A stretch of 64,000 bases of DNA from Rhodosorus marinus CCMP1338 (Eukaryota; Plantae; Rhodophyta), in contig JAMWBK010000004.1 in the NCBI GenBank assembly GCA_029953675.1, positions 868,001 through 932,000 of the forward strand. Direction: 5' to 3'. Positions 45,842 to 56,328 of the stretch are shown here, piece after piece. Made by a program: the position numbers and the translations under genes. Below the pieces are notes generated by a model. It was not told the DNA's origin. It worked only from the letters and a program-made list of their open reading frames with translations, and did no database searches. The number at the start of each line of letters is the position of its first letter. The stretch's first letter is position 1.

Positions 45842-46091
45842 GCAGGTTCCAACCTTTCGTTGGAAACCCTTGGTCCTCGTGAAAATTCCAGCTTGGAGTG
45901 GCTGCGGAAAAGTGTTACTGACCATCGTGATGAGTATCTGGTACTCCTACGCCGATGAAACGTCGCTCTTTGGCGATATTCTAGTATTTTACTCGCCGAG
46001 GAGCACCACCGCCCCCTGGGCCCGGTTTTGGCCCTAGTACCCAGTTCCATTTCCGCCCTGCGTGGCGCTTAAGGCTATGTTAGCAAACCCA
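45842..46091 (+). mobile_element. Old degraded family B 3' fragment
   Basis: LEWLRKSVTDHRDEYLVLLRR and GCGCTTAAGGCTATGTTAGCAAACCC tail. Possible TSD ATCCAAT. Confidence 0.65.
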
Positions 46092-46173
46092 TCCAATACA
46101 TCACCCCGAGAGCATCGACTACTTTTTTTTGCGCTGAAGGCGATGCTAGCTGAAGGCAATGCTAGTTACCCGG

Positions 46174-46221
46174 TTCATCTTCACGCCTTGCGTAGCGCTT
46201 CAGGCTATGCTAGTAAAGTCC
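46174..46221 (+). mobile_element. 48-nt family B terminal micro-insertion
   Basis: TTCATCTTCACGCC...GCTAGTAAAGTCC, flanked by AGTTACCCGG (46164) and AGTTACCTGG (46222). Confidence 0.85.
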
Positions 46222-46935
46222 AGTTACCTGGGTTTGCCACAAGCTCCGTGGGACTCTAATCGGCCGTCTTTCTGTCAGGGATGTGAGAGTCGGATCGATG
46301 CTTGTGGCTACCATTTCTTAGGTTCATGCGGATTGTTGAGAGGTCTTCGTACGAGGCGTCACACTCGCTTCAAGTACATTCTCGGCGAATGTCTGACTCG
46401 GGTAGGGCATACGGTTGAGGTGGAATCGGAACTACCCAGATCGGTCTCGGATAGGGCGCCACCCCGCTATATCGCAGATCTCCTCGTCTCCGATGCTGCC
46501 GCCAGACGCTCAGCATATGTTGACCTCGCGATTACATGCCCTGTGGCAAGCGCCCATCTCACGGCTGCCGCCCGCCGCCGGGGAGCAGCCGCTTCGGCCC
46601 TTCGCCGCGTGGAGGAACGACGGTATGCTGAGAGTATGGCCAGCCTGCCTCGCGCTGAGGGTCGCTCCCACCGGTTCCAGCCTTTCGTTGAGGAAAGCTT
46701 TGGTCACGTGGAGAAGTCGGGTTTGGAGTGGTTGCGGAAATGTTTCACTGAGCATCCTGTTGAATACTTGGAACTTTTGCGGCGCGTAAGTATCTCTCTG
46801 GCGATATTCGAGCAGCATGCTTGCCGAGGCGCGCCATCGGCGCCTGGGTTTGCACGCTTCCCTACCTAGTTCTTAGTTCCTTTTCACGGTTTGCGTAGCG
46901 CTGTAGGCTATGCTAGTAAAGTCCAGTAAAGCCAG
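46222..46935 (+). mobile_element. Family B 5'-truncated copy (complete RLE domain and tail)
   Basis: CQGC...HFLGSC, RRHTRF, ADLLVSDAAARRSAYVDLAITCP, ESFG. Tail GCTAGTAAAGTCCAGTAAAGCC. Confidence 0.9.
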
Positions 46936-48043
46936 CCAGTGGCAACGACGGCCCCCCAGCACAGTTCCGAACCAACGTCCGATATGATTTCTTTCTCTCG
47001 CGCTGCTGGGCAACTCTTGGGTTAAACCTCGTAGCTATGGCGGTGCCAATGGCTATCGGCTACCATCATGTGCTCACAAATCAGGCAGTTTTCAGTCGTC
47101 CAGTAAAACACGAAACTACGGTATGGACAATCTGTCCTACATAATGGATTGAATTCTCTTCAAGGAGATTGATATTTATAGACAGGCAAAATACTCAGTT
47201 TTAAAGTTTTTCGGAAACAAAACTGCGTTTCTAAAAATGGAGTTTTCCAGTACGAATCAACAGCTTGCTTTTAATACTCATTGGATATTCTCAAAGCACA
47301 CCGATGGGAGCGCTCGTCCAGGAGGGAACCCTAGAACGACAAAAAAAAAGGGCGGTGGAGGGTTGCTGTTGTCAAAGGCATCAAAGAAATCGGGAGGGAT
47401 AGATTTAAAACATGTCAGTTAGGAGTGAAAAAGGATTGTTCCCCGCGTTTCTGCGTGAGGATGTCAGCCTCATGTACAATCGATTCCTTTTGCTCGCCTT
47501 TTTTTTCGGCTTGGCTAGATCGAGCTCTTTGCAGAACATTTTTTTAATGAAAGTTTCTAGGAAAACGGAACGCGCACCCTGGCTGAACTTGCCCGATACT
47601 CCGCTGTTGGGTCGGGCTGCCTGCCTGGTTTCAGCGGCGCAAAGCAAGCTGGAGGCGCACCTCGGTAAGCTGTGTCAGTTTAGGGATACCCCACTACTGG
47701 TCTGGACTGCCTGTTTTTCAGTATCGGGAAACCAGCTGAAGGCCGCGCCGTTGCGGTTCCATACTTTTTTTACAAAAAAGCATCAGATACCATCCTCAAC
47801 AAGGAACTCAGGACCTGTGGAATATTCCAAAAGAACTATGGAACAGTTGCATCTTACGCAATTGACATTCTACGTCCATAACGGGTGCTGAATTCCCAGA
47901 ATTCAACTCCGATCCAGAGCTTTCTAATCTACCACGTGAATTTCTACCACATGTAGACCGTAGTTGAACTCCGCCGACTTGCTCACAAGTTCTCGACACC
48001 TTGTGCGACATTGTCGGAATGGTACATCGGATTTCTTTCGTGC

Positions 48044-48383
48044 CCGGTTATTTACGCTTCCCCCCCACACGCTGAGACCGGGAAGCGAGCCAAGTCTCGT
48101 GATGCCATCGGTGATCACAATGACTTGCAATTCGTACCTTTGGTAATCCTTGGGCGCAACACGTGAAGCACATGAATGCAGGGATGAGAGCAGCAGTTGA
48201 CATCCCAGCACATGTCCCTGAAACGCGTTGACGGAATTGATGAAACGTGCATCCCTGGATAGAAACAGACGTGTCGAGGCGAGATATATACGTGTAGACT
48301 CTGACGTGACTTGCAAGGGATGGGGGAAAGGAAACCCTGCTAAGACTTAGATAAGCCAAGTTATTATTAGCATATACTAGTGA
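48044..48383. repeat. 340-bp near-identical direct repeat, copy 1 (second copy at 51111-51449)
   Basis: CCGGTTATTTACGC...ATATACTAGTGA in both places, with only a few differences. Confidence 0.92.
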
Positions 48384-49643
48384 GGGGATACTCCAAGACA
48401 AGTAGTAGAGGAGCATGTACGTGAAAGACGTAACATGCACACCTTCTGTTCGAACATGTGGAACATGTTTCGGCCCGATATGTAATGATGGAGTTCGAAT
48501 CGAATTGGTCTAGTCAGAAATTCCGCGGCTCATCCCGACGGGTAACCGAAAACCGCCAGAGTGAGATACTGCGTATGTGGAGATATTACTGGGCAGCAGC
48601 TGTCTGACTGAATTGTTCAAAGATCCTGTTTAGTGCCGCGCGATCCTCGCGGGGCTTAAGCTTTTCTTTCAGCCTCCGACTAAACGATAGATTCAATTCT
48701 AACACTTTCTAGGGAAAACGCTTAGCTACGATAAAAAAGGCGAATACGGAATCAGTGGCTGGTTCCACTGATCCACACGCAAAGCCCCCAACGCTAGCTC
48801 GGCGTTCCCGGCCCAAACAATGATCGGTCGGTTTGGTCAGCATGTGCCGCAGCCTTCTCGCAATAGACTCGGGTCATCTGCCCAGTCCTCCCAAATGTTT
48901 CGATCGCAATCAGAATCTAATTTTGTCATGTAGATCTTCGGTCAGTATGGCCCTCCTTGTAGTGGGTAAGCTTCCAGCGCTCCACTTACTTCGCTGCATA
49001 CCCGTTGGTGCTTTCTCGTGGGAAGGTGTCTGCCACGTTCGGGCGGGAGATCACCACCAGATCAGGTCGCAGATTCGAATTACCCCAAGCGAGTGCTGTG
49101 ATCACAAAGCACGTGAACATACACATGTTGATGCGATAGATTCGATTCCCAGCGCCAGTCGGGTTGTTTGTTCGCAACTTCTAGTCTCCTATAGCAACGA
49201 ATAGTCCGCATCATGAATAATTGAAATATGTTTCATATGGTCTAGCCTGAAGAGCTGTCGTCTAGCTGTACCGCAAACGAGTGCTCTGCCCACGATCCTT
49301 GTTTCGTTGTGTTTGCAGAAGGTAGCTGCCGTAGCTGCCGTACAAAAGCCAATGGGTTGGTTTAGTATTTTGAAGAGGAAGATTCGATTGCAACAGAATG
49401 TCGATTGATCTGATCGTTCCCCCTAAGCATGGTTATGACCAGCTATTGGTCAACGCCGGGACGCTTCCTGTTGCTTACATCGTGTCTGGTGCGCGGAAGG
49501 GAGATCTGTGCGCGCTTAGCGAAGCCTATATAAGAGAGGTCATCTGATATTGGCGGGGGGGCAGGATGTAGACAAGCAAGAGCAGGAGGGAGGAGAAAGT
49601 TGATAAGAAAGTACTAGAAGGGAGAATACTGAGATTGCTGAAG

Positions 49644-49955
49644 ATGAAGCGTGGAGCGTTACTGGTCTGTTTGGTAGTGGTGATCGCGTATGCGAGTGCG
49701 CAAACGACGTGCACACGTCAGGAGGGACTTGAGCTTATTGAAGCTTGCCTGAGGCCGTTTGAGGGAACCTGCGTTAACAACCTTATTTTTGTCATAAGCG
49801 TTGCCTGTTGTCGGACTGTGCCGAGTGCAGTGCCATGCATTTTTGGGGCTCTTGATCAGTGTCCAGTCCAGAGTTTGGTGGGCCAATACAACGCAATTGC
49901 TACCCACTTTACCCACGAGTGCCTCCGTTTGGGAGTCGACGTACATATGCTATGA
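49644..49955 (+). CDS. Small secreted cysteine-rich protein (103 aa), unknown function
   Basis: ATG 49644, textbook signal peptide (MKRGALLVCLVVVIAYASA), 8 Cys in the mature part, purine-rich leader like other host genes here. Confidence 0.65.
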   Translation: MKRGALLVCLVVVIAYASAQTTCTRQEGLELIEACLRPFEGTCVNNLIFVISVACCRTVPSAVPCIFGALDQCPVQSLVGQYNAIATHFTHECLRLGVDVHML

Positions 49956-50149
49956 AGATCCGACCACGGGGCTTAATCCCCAACTCAGGTTCCTAGCAAA
50001 TTCCTAGCTTCAAGTGAAGAGTAGACTGCCAAATCTCAATAAATCTAGTTTTTGTTGAATGCACTCGTGACTATGCTCAATAGAATGGACTGGACTTAAA
50101 CTACCATAGCCTGAAGGGTTACGATAGTCTGGGGTTTTCTTCTCCGATC

Positions 50150-51000
50150 GACTGGCATGGCTAAACCGCTGGGAAAACTTCGTCAACGATATCACCGATG
50201 GGGGTTGACACTGGAAGAAACTCACCCACTGCCCAACCCTTACCTGCCAATTTGTACCACGAGCGCACGTAAACACAAGGTAGTGGGCAACCCCCGAATT
50301 TCCGCCCAAGACCGGGCGCGAATTCGGTCTGCCGCGAGCTCTGGATCTGGAGTCTGGTTGCGGGATTTGCCGACGCTCGTGCCGAAAAAATTGAATGCCC
50401 CCGAAATGCAGGTGAACATAAGACAGCTGTTGAGGTTGCCGATTCCGGGATTGCTCACCATGGAAAAGTGTACTAGTTCTCGTAGTTCGCATGCTACTAA
50501 AGGCGTACAACGATTTCAACATTGTCCCAACTTCGACCGAACTATGGCAGCGGAGACATGACGAGATCTGACCGAGTTGGCGCGATGGCTGAACCGATGG
50601 AACTTCCTGGACATCAAGCAAGAGCCACGACTAGATCTTGAAAACGCATTCAACGTACAGATCGACGTCTCGCCAAGCAACTCCTGGAGAAACACTTTCC
50701 GGAGCTGGAAGCAATTTACCGACTGGGATACGGGACGGACAGCACGGATTCCCCTACGTTTTTCGGGTGGTTCTCTAACAATGGACCAGAAAACACCCCC
50801 CCTACACGACTGACACTCCAGGCAACAACCGGAGTGCAACAAGGGGACCCGCTTGGACCTATTTACATGCACTCTCCCTGGCCCCTTTCTTGGAAGCCCT
50901 ACGCACCAAAGCACTGGAACTCACTATCGTGGCCATCCTCGACGACATCACACTAGTGGGACCGCTCGAAACGCTAAAGGAAGCACTCCTCTGGTCGTCT
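50150..51000 (+). mobile_element. Scrambled family C-related debris (RLE part followed by RT part)
   Basis: NPRIS..DRARIRSAA.SGSGVWL and LPIPGL at 50280-50620, then LDLENAFN, GVQQGDPLG and HDDIT at 50630-50990. Confidence 0.75.
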
Positions 51001-51110
51001 TCGAACCGACAATGTTATTCTTCACCACCGCACAGGTAAACAGTATGTTCTTGACCTCAAGGTGTAGTCCCAGCTACGAGTCCACTTAATCGCTCCAGGC
51101 GCCTGGCAAA

Positions 51111-51449
51111 CCGGTTATTTACGCTTCCCCCCCACACGCTGAGACCGGGAAGCGAGCCAAGTCTCGTGATGCCATCGGTGATCACAATGACTTGCTATTC
51201 ATACCTTTGGTAATCCTTGGGCGCAACACGTGAAGCACATGAATGCAGGGATGAGAGCAGCAGTTGACATCCCAGCACATGTCCCTGAAACGCGTTGACG
51301 GAATTGATGAAACGTGCATCCCTGGATAGAAACAGACGTGTCGAGGCGAGATATATACGTGTAGACTCTGACGTGACTTGCAAGGGATGGGGGAAAGGAA
51401 ACCCTGCGAGACTTAGATAAGCCAAGTTATTATTAGCATATACTAGTGA
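51111..51449. repeat. 340-bp direct repeat, copy 2, abutting a family A tail
   Basis: Matches 48044-48383. Confidence 0.92.
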
Positions 51450-52717
51450 ACGAACGAATGGTTTAATCGGAGGCTGAAAAAAAAAACCCCGAGGGGAAAA
51501 AAAGACTAAGCGCGGCGAAGTACTCGCGCCTCCAACATCAAAGCGGCATTCATGCGCCACAGCAGGAAACTTAAGCGGGTAAACAACGATTGAAGACGGT
51601 CAGGGCGTTCGCGGAACAACTCCCGAAGCCAGCGAGAACCAACAGAGTCCATGAACCCAAAGCACTCAATGATCAGGGGTACCAAGCGATGTGCTAGTGC
51701 CGAAGCACGAACACCAGGGGAAGACAAAGCCCCCCTGTATTTGATCTCTTTCCGGCGTCTCATGCTGGCGGCGGCAGATCCACGGCGCTCCCCCGCAGCC
51801 GGGAGATAACGACTAGCTTGAGGGTTAGGAACAGCAAGATCAACGTATGTGGTACGGCGGCTGTCGTCACAGGTGATCACCAGGTCGGCTACACGGCGTT
51901 CATCATTTTGAAAGTCCGCGACGGGTAAAGGTTTCTCACGTTCGATTTCCAGACCGGCTTGCCGGACTATAGGCCGAAGTTCCCGGTATAACAGGTTCAA
52001 GATCCGTGTGTGGCGGCGGGTTCGAGCACCTTTCACCGCCGGGCAACTAGCGAGCAGGTGGGCGCCAAAATCTGCGTTGTCTTCAGTCTGAGAGCAGAGA
52101 GGGCACGACGAACCCATCTCGTACGGCCAGGGGGGCTGATGTAAGCCGAGGTATAAGCGCAGTGAAGTACGCACTTCGAAATCCGACAGTGTGAGTGGCG
52201 GAAAGGCTGGTACGGTCATGAGCCACTGAGAGCTAATAACCCCTCCAAGACTACGTAGGCGGGCGCGAGCGCGAGAAGATGAGACCATCTGCGCGAGGAG
52301 TCGGCCATATGCAGCACGGTGCAAGTCTCAAGAAAGAATATTTTGCAGCGCATCCGTGCGTGCTTGAGCTCGGCTCCCAGCGCGCTGGGAATCATCAGGA
52401 GGATCAACTGGAACTTCTTCTTCTGCGGCAACCACTGGGTCAATCTCCCCTAGAACAGGTTCAGGCGCAGGACGAATCCCTGGGGCGGAGCCTCGAGACC
52501 GGTCAAATACAGCTCGCCAGTCAGGAAGACGGGGTTGAACGGCTTCGGGGAGACTAGTACAGGAATTCAGGGCGGTTTGGAGCTCCAGAAACAAGTCTTG
52601 GGCGCTTTCCGGTACGCTGGGAAGCAAGACACCCCGCGAGAGGCTCGCCATCAAATTGCGGAACTTCGAGATACCCAAGCTGCTCAAAGTGGGAAGTGCG
52701 GTTCCCCAGGCCCCTAC
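51449..52717 (-). mobile_element. Family A young 5'-truncated copy (thumb/linker plus intact RLE ORF)
   Basis: CPLC...HLLASC, RRHTRI, ADLVITCDDSRRTTYVDLAVPNP, IECFG, (GAAC)n tail. Near-identical to 62322-63530 in reverse. Confidence 0.92.
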
Positions 52718-55620
52718 TAAGCGCAGTGAAGTACGCACTTCGAAATCCGACAGTGTGAGTGGCGGAAAGGCTGGTACGGTCATGAGCCACTGAAAGCTAA
52801 TACACCCTCCAAGACTACGTAGGCGGGCGCGAGCGCTCGTTGTTGTTGTTTCGGTTTTGTTGCAGTCAGCGGTTAACCTATTGGCTCCGCTCACTTCCAA
52901 CTCTTTGGGGCCGGTGGTTGGCCATTCGTGCGGATGCTGAAAGTTTCCGTGGCCTTGGGTATTTTCTCGATGAGGAGCTGAGCGCTCTGTCGCGACCCAC
53001 CTGTGATGTTTTGCGCGCCCAGGTAGGCCTCCCATTGCGATTGGGGAAACTGGGCCTCTGCAACCGTGTTGTGTTCCAACCTGCAGCCGCAGTAGGGTCC
53101 TGGGGAACCGCACTTCCCACTTTGAGCAGTTTGGGTATCTCGAAGTTCCGCAATTTGATGGCCAGCCTCTCGCGGGGTGTCTTGCTTCCCAGCGTACCGA
53201 AAAGCGCCCAAGACTTGTTTCTGGAGCTCCAAGCCGCCCTGAATTCCTGTACTAGTCTCCCCGAAACCGTTCAACCCCGTCTTCCTGACTGGCGAGCTGT
53301 ATTTGACCGCTCTCGAGGCTCCGCACCGGGGATTCGTCCTGCGCCTGAACCTGTTCTAGTGGAGATTGACCCAGTGGTTGCCTCAGAAGAAGAAGTTCCC
53401 GTTGATCCTCCTGATGATTCCCAGCGCGCTGGGAGTCGGCCATATGCAGCACGGTGCAAGTCCCAAGAAAGGATATTTTGCAGCGCATCCGTGCGTGCTT
53501 GAGCTCGGCTCCCAGCGCGCTGGGAATCATCAGGAGGATCATCGGGAACTTCTTCTTTTGAGGCAACCACTGGGTCAATCTCCACTAGAACAGGTTCAGG
53601 CGCAGGACGGATCCCCGGTGCGGAGCCTCGAGAGCGGTCAAATACAGCTCGCCAGTCAGGAAGACGGGGTTGAACGGTTTCGGGGAGACTAGTACAGGAA
53701 TTCAGGGCGGCTTGGAGCTCCAGAAACAAGTCTTGGGCGCTTTTCGGTACGCTGGGAAGCAAGACACCCCGCGAGAGGCTGGCCATCAAATTGCGGAACT
53801 TCGAGATACCCAAACTGCTCAAAGTGGGAAGTGCGGTTCCCCAGGACCCTACTGCGGCTGCGGGTTGGAACACAACACGGTTGCAGAGGCCCAGTTTCCC
53901 CAATCGCAATGGGAGGCCTACCTGGGCGCGCAAAAACATCACAGGTGGGTCGCGACAGAGCGCTCAGCTCCTCATCGAGAAAATACCCAAGGCCACGGAA
54001 ACTTTCAGCATCCGCACGAGTGGCCAACCACCGGCCCCAATGAGTTGGAAGTGAGCGGAGCCAATAGGTTAACCGCTGACTGCAACAATACCGAAACAAC
54101 AACAACGAGCACTGGAGGAAGCCCGGAGGTAGCCGTCGAAGCTCTGCAACCAGCTGTCTGTGCTTACCGAGGAGCTGCAGCAAATCGCCTTCAACGAAGG
54201 ACGGCGACCCATAGGGGATGCCTAAGTGGACAAAACCATCCGGTCTCCAAATATCCTGGAACGACGCAGGTACCTGCTGCTCTTGTGCAGGTACACCTCC
54301 CCAGTAGAACGATTTGTGATGATTAACCTACAAGTCAACCCGCGAAGCCAAGGAGCGTAGACGATCATAGGCGAGCGCGAGAGTATCGGGGGGCCCCAAG
54401 AGGCACACGTCGTCGTGGTATGCAACCCTACGAACCTGCGGGAATTCGGAGCGAAGACAAAGCAAGACTAGTTGTAGTCCACAGGCATGTAGGAAAGGAG
54501 ACAAGGGATCACCCTGTTGTACCCCTGTTCGCGCCGCTAACGTGTGTGAGGAAGCGCCAAGGGTGTCATAGGTTGCCCCACGACCAAGCGGAGAATAAAG
54601 TCTACTAACAAAGGGAAAGCCTACAGGGAAGACTTCGCGCACCACGTGCATGAGAACCGGACGAGAGACGCGGTTCAACGCATTGGTAAAATCTACAGAG
54701 AGGAGCCCAGAATCTGGTGAGTACGCCATTTCCGAACGGAGTAAAACAGACAACAACTCACAGCCACCACGATAGCCCACGCCTAACTGCACGTGCCCAA
54801 AGAAACGGCGGGATTCGGGAACCAGGATTTTCACTAACCACCGCGCCGCCAATTTGCGGACCGCCTCAACAAGGCTAATAGGGCGAATAGCAGGGCTCGA
54901 GGCCGTGTGACCGGGCTTCGAAAGCAGACACAACTGCGAACGCCCGACCAAGAACCACGCACACTCACACAGGGGATCACCATTCACAAGCGCTTCGACC
55001 ACCAACGCCAACGCCTTCAAACCTTCATCACTTAAGAAACGGAGATATTCCACCCGCGGACCTGCGAATAGGAAGCACGTGGGGCACTGGAGGGAGCAGG
55101 ATTCGGGCACGACGCGGGCCCAGGAGGCGTCTGTCCATCGATAGGGGTAGGCCAGTCGGAATCAGGAATGACCGGAGCGGAGCGCTCGGGTCGGTTGAAG
55201 GCAGGCCCCGCTGTACCGTGCGGATCCGCGGGGACGGGCACCGGGGGGTATGGGGCAGGCGCGGAGGTGGAGAAGCGCTCCAAATAGGCGATCAGCAGGG
55301 GCAGGCGGTGTTCCTGGGAAGCAGTCACAAGAAGACTCGTCAGTTTCGAGCAGATCCCATGGGCCAACTCGTCAGCGCAGTCCGTGAGGGTGGCCGCGGT
55401 ACTAAACCCGCCCACGCTGAGCTCCACGCGCGCTGAGAGAACGGCTCCGTCCACCGGAATAGGTGGGGAAACCCCAACCATAACGATAGGAAGGTGTGAA
55501 AAACCGATTCCCCCACAAAACCCCCAAAAAGAGAACTTGTTCCCAACGTTTGCAACCAAAGAAAAACCACCACGACCTCCAAGGGGCGCTAGCAACCCCC
55601 AGCACGCACCACACCGCTAG
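52718..55620 (-). mobile_element. Family A copy with N-terminus and RT, 3'-truncated, containing a ~600-bp fold-back inversion
   Basis: IRPI, QLGVG..GGCE, DFTNALN, GVQQGDPLSP, YHDD, LPLRLGKLG. 52835-53435 is the reverse complement of 53509-54110. 5' boundary approximate. Confidence 0.88.
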
Positions 55621-55945
55621 AAGATGCGGGGGAAAAGGCTGCAGAAAGAAGCGCCTCCCACCGAAGAACACAATTGCGACTCAAAACCACCAAAAGCCAG
55701 CACCATACACCCTCACGAAACCAAAAGGCTTGACACACAAGCATCAATTGCTTTGACCCACAAGCGCAGGCTCTAACAGGTCCACCTCTGCTCCTCCATG
55801 CACTCCCATAGTCGCTGCAGTCTCCAAGTTTTTTAGATACCCCCTGGTGTTCCGATCGTGCGAGTCCGTTCCCGACCGACCAGATGCTCTTTCTAGAATT
55901 TTTCACCTCCGTCAGCTTCAAACAACACTTGACCATCCTCACCTC

Positions 55946-56260
55946 TGTGACGTCTCCGCCTTCCAGCAATGTTCGGCTATGCAAAATTATGCTCGGGCTG
56001 TGCCAGAATCTATGGAGGTGCAACACCAGTTTGGTCCCAATGGTTATTGCCCATTCCGATGAAGCAAGAGTATAAATACGATAGAAAATCCGATGACACT
56101 AAGGTTCGCCGGAGAAGAGGAAAAAGGAGAGAACCAGAATTTATAGAAAAAGGTTAGAATTAGGGATATATTCCCTAATTAGGGAGTAATTAGGGGGAAG
56201 TAAAACCTGAATTCTGGAATAATTTGAGGCGTCAACCCGGTGGACAGTTGAGACGTATCA
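55946..56260 (+). mobile_element. Probable 5' LTR (315 bp) of the Ty3/gypsy element
   Basis: TG...CA ends with an 8/10 terminal inverted repeat (TGTGACGTCT...AGACGTATCA), TATAAAT near 56070, followed 2 nt later by a PBS-like TGG. No second LTR in the window to confirm. Confidence 0.6.
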
Positions 56261-56262
56261 AG

Positions 56263-56273
56263 TGGTCTCATCG
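56263..56273 (+). promoter_or_regulatory. Putative primer-binding site
   Basis: TGGTCTCATCG just after the LTR-like CA. 8/11 match to the common initiator-Met PBS TGGTATCAGAG. Confidence 0.45.
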
Positions 56274-56328
56274 CAAGTTGCGATTGAGGAATCATTATGC
56301 GAACCTGAAAAGTGAGCCCAGTACTACT

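Larger units (their letters stand above)
44020..48043. repeat. Diverged direct repeat of unknown nature: about 44020-44835 versus 47195-48043
   Basis: Shared blocks, e.g. CTGAATTCCCAGAATTCAACTC...GGAATGGTACATCGGATTTCTTTC at about 44680-44830 and 47890-48040. Confidence 0.75.

Noticed and set aside
51111-51449. 3' transduction by family A
   Set aside because: The other copy at 48044-48383 has no A element next to it, and no tail closes the supposed transduced segment.
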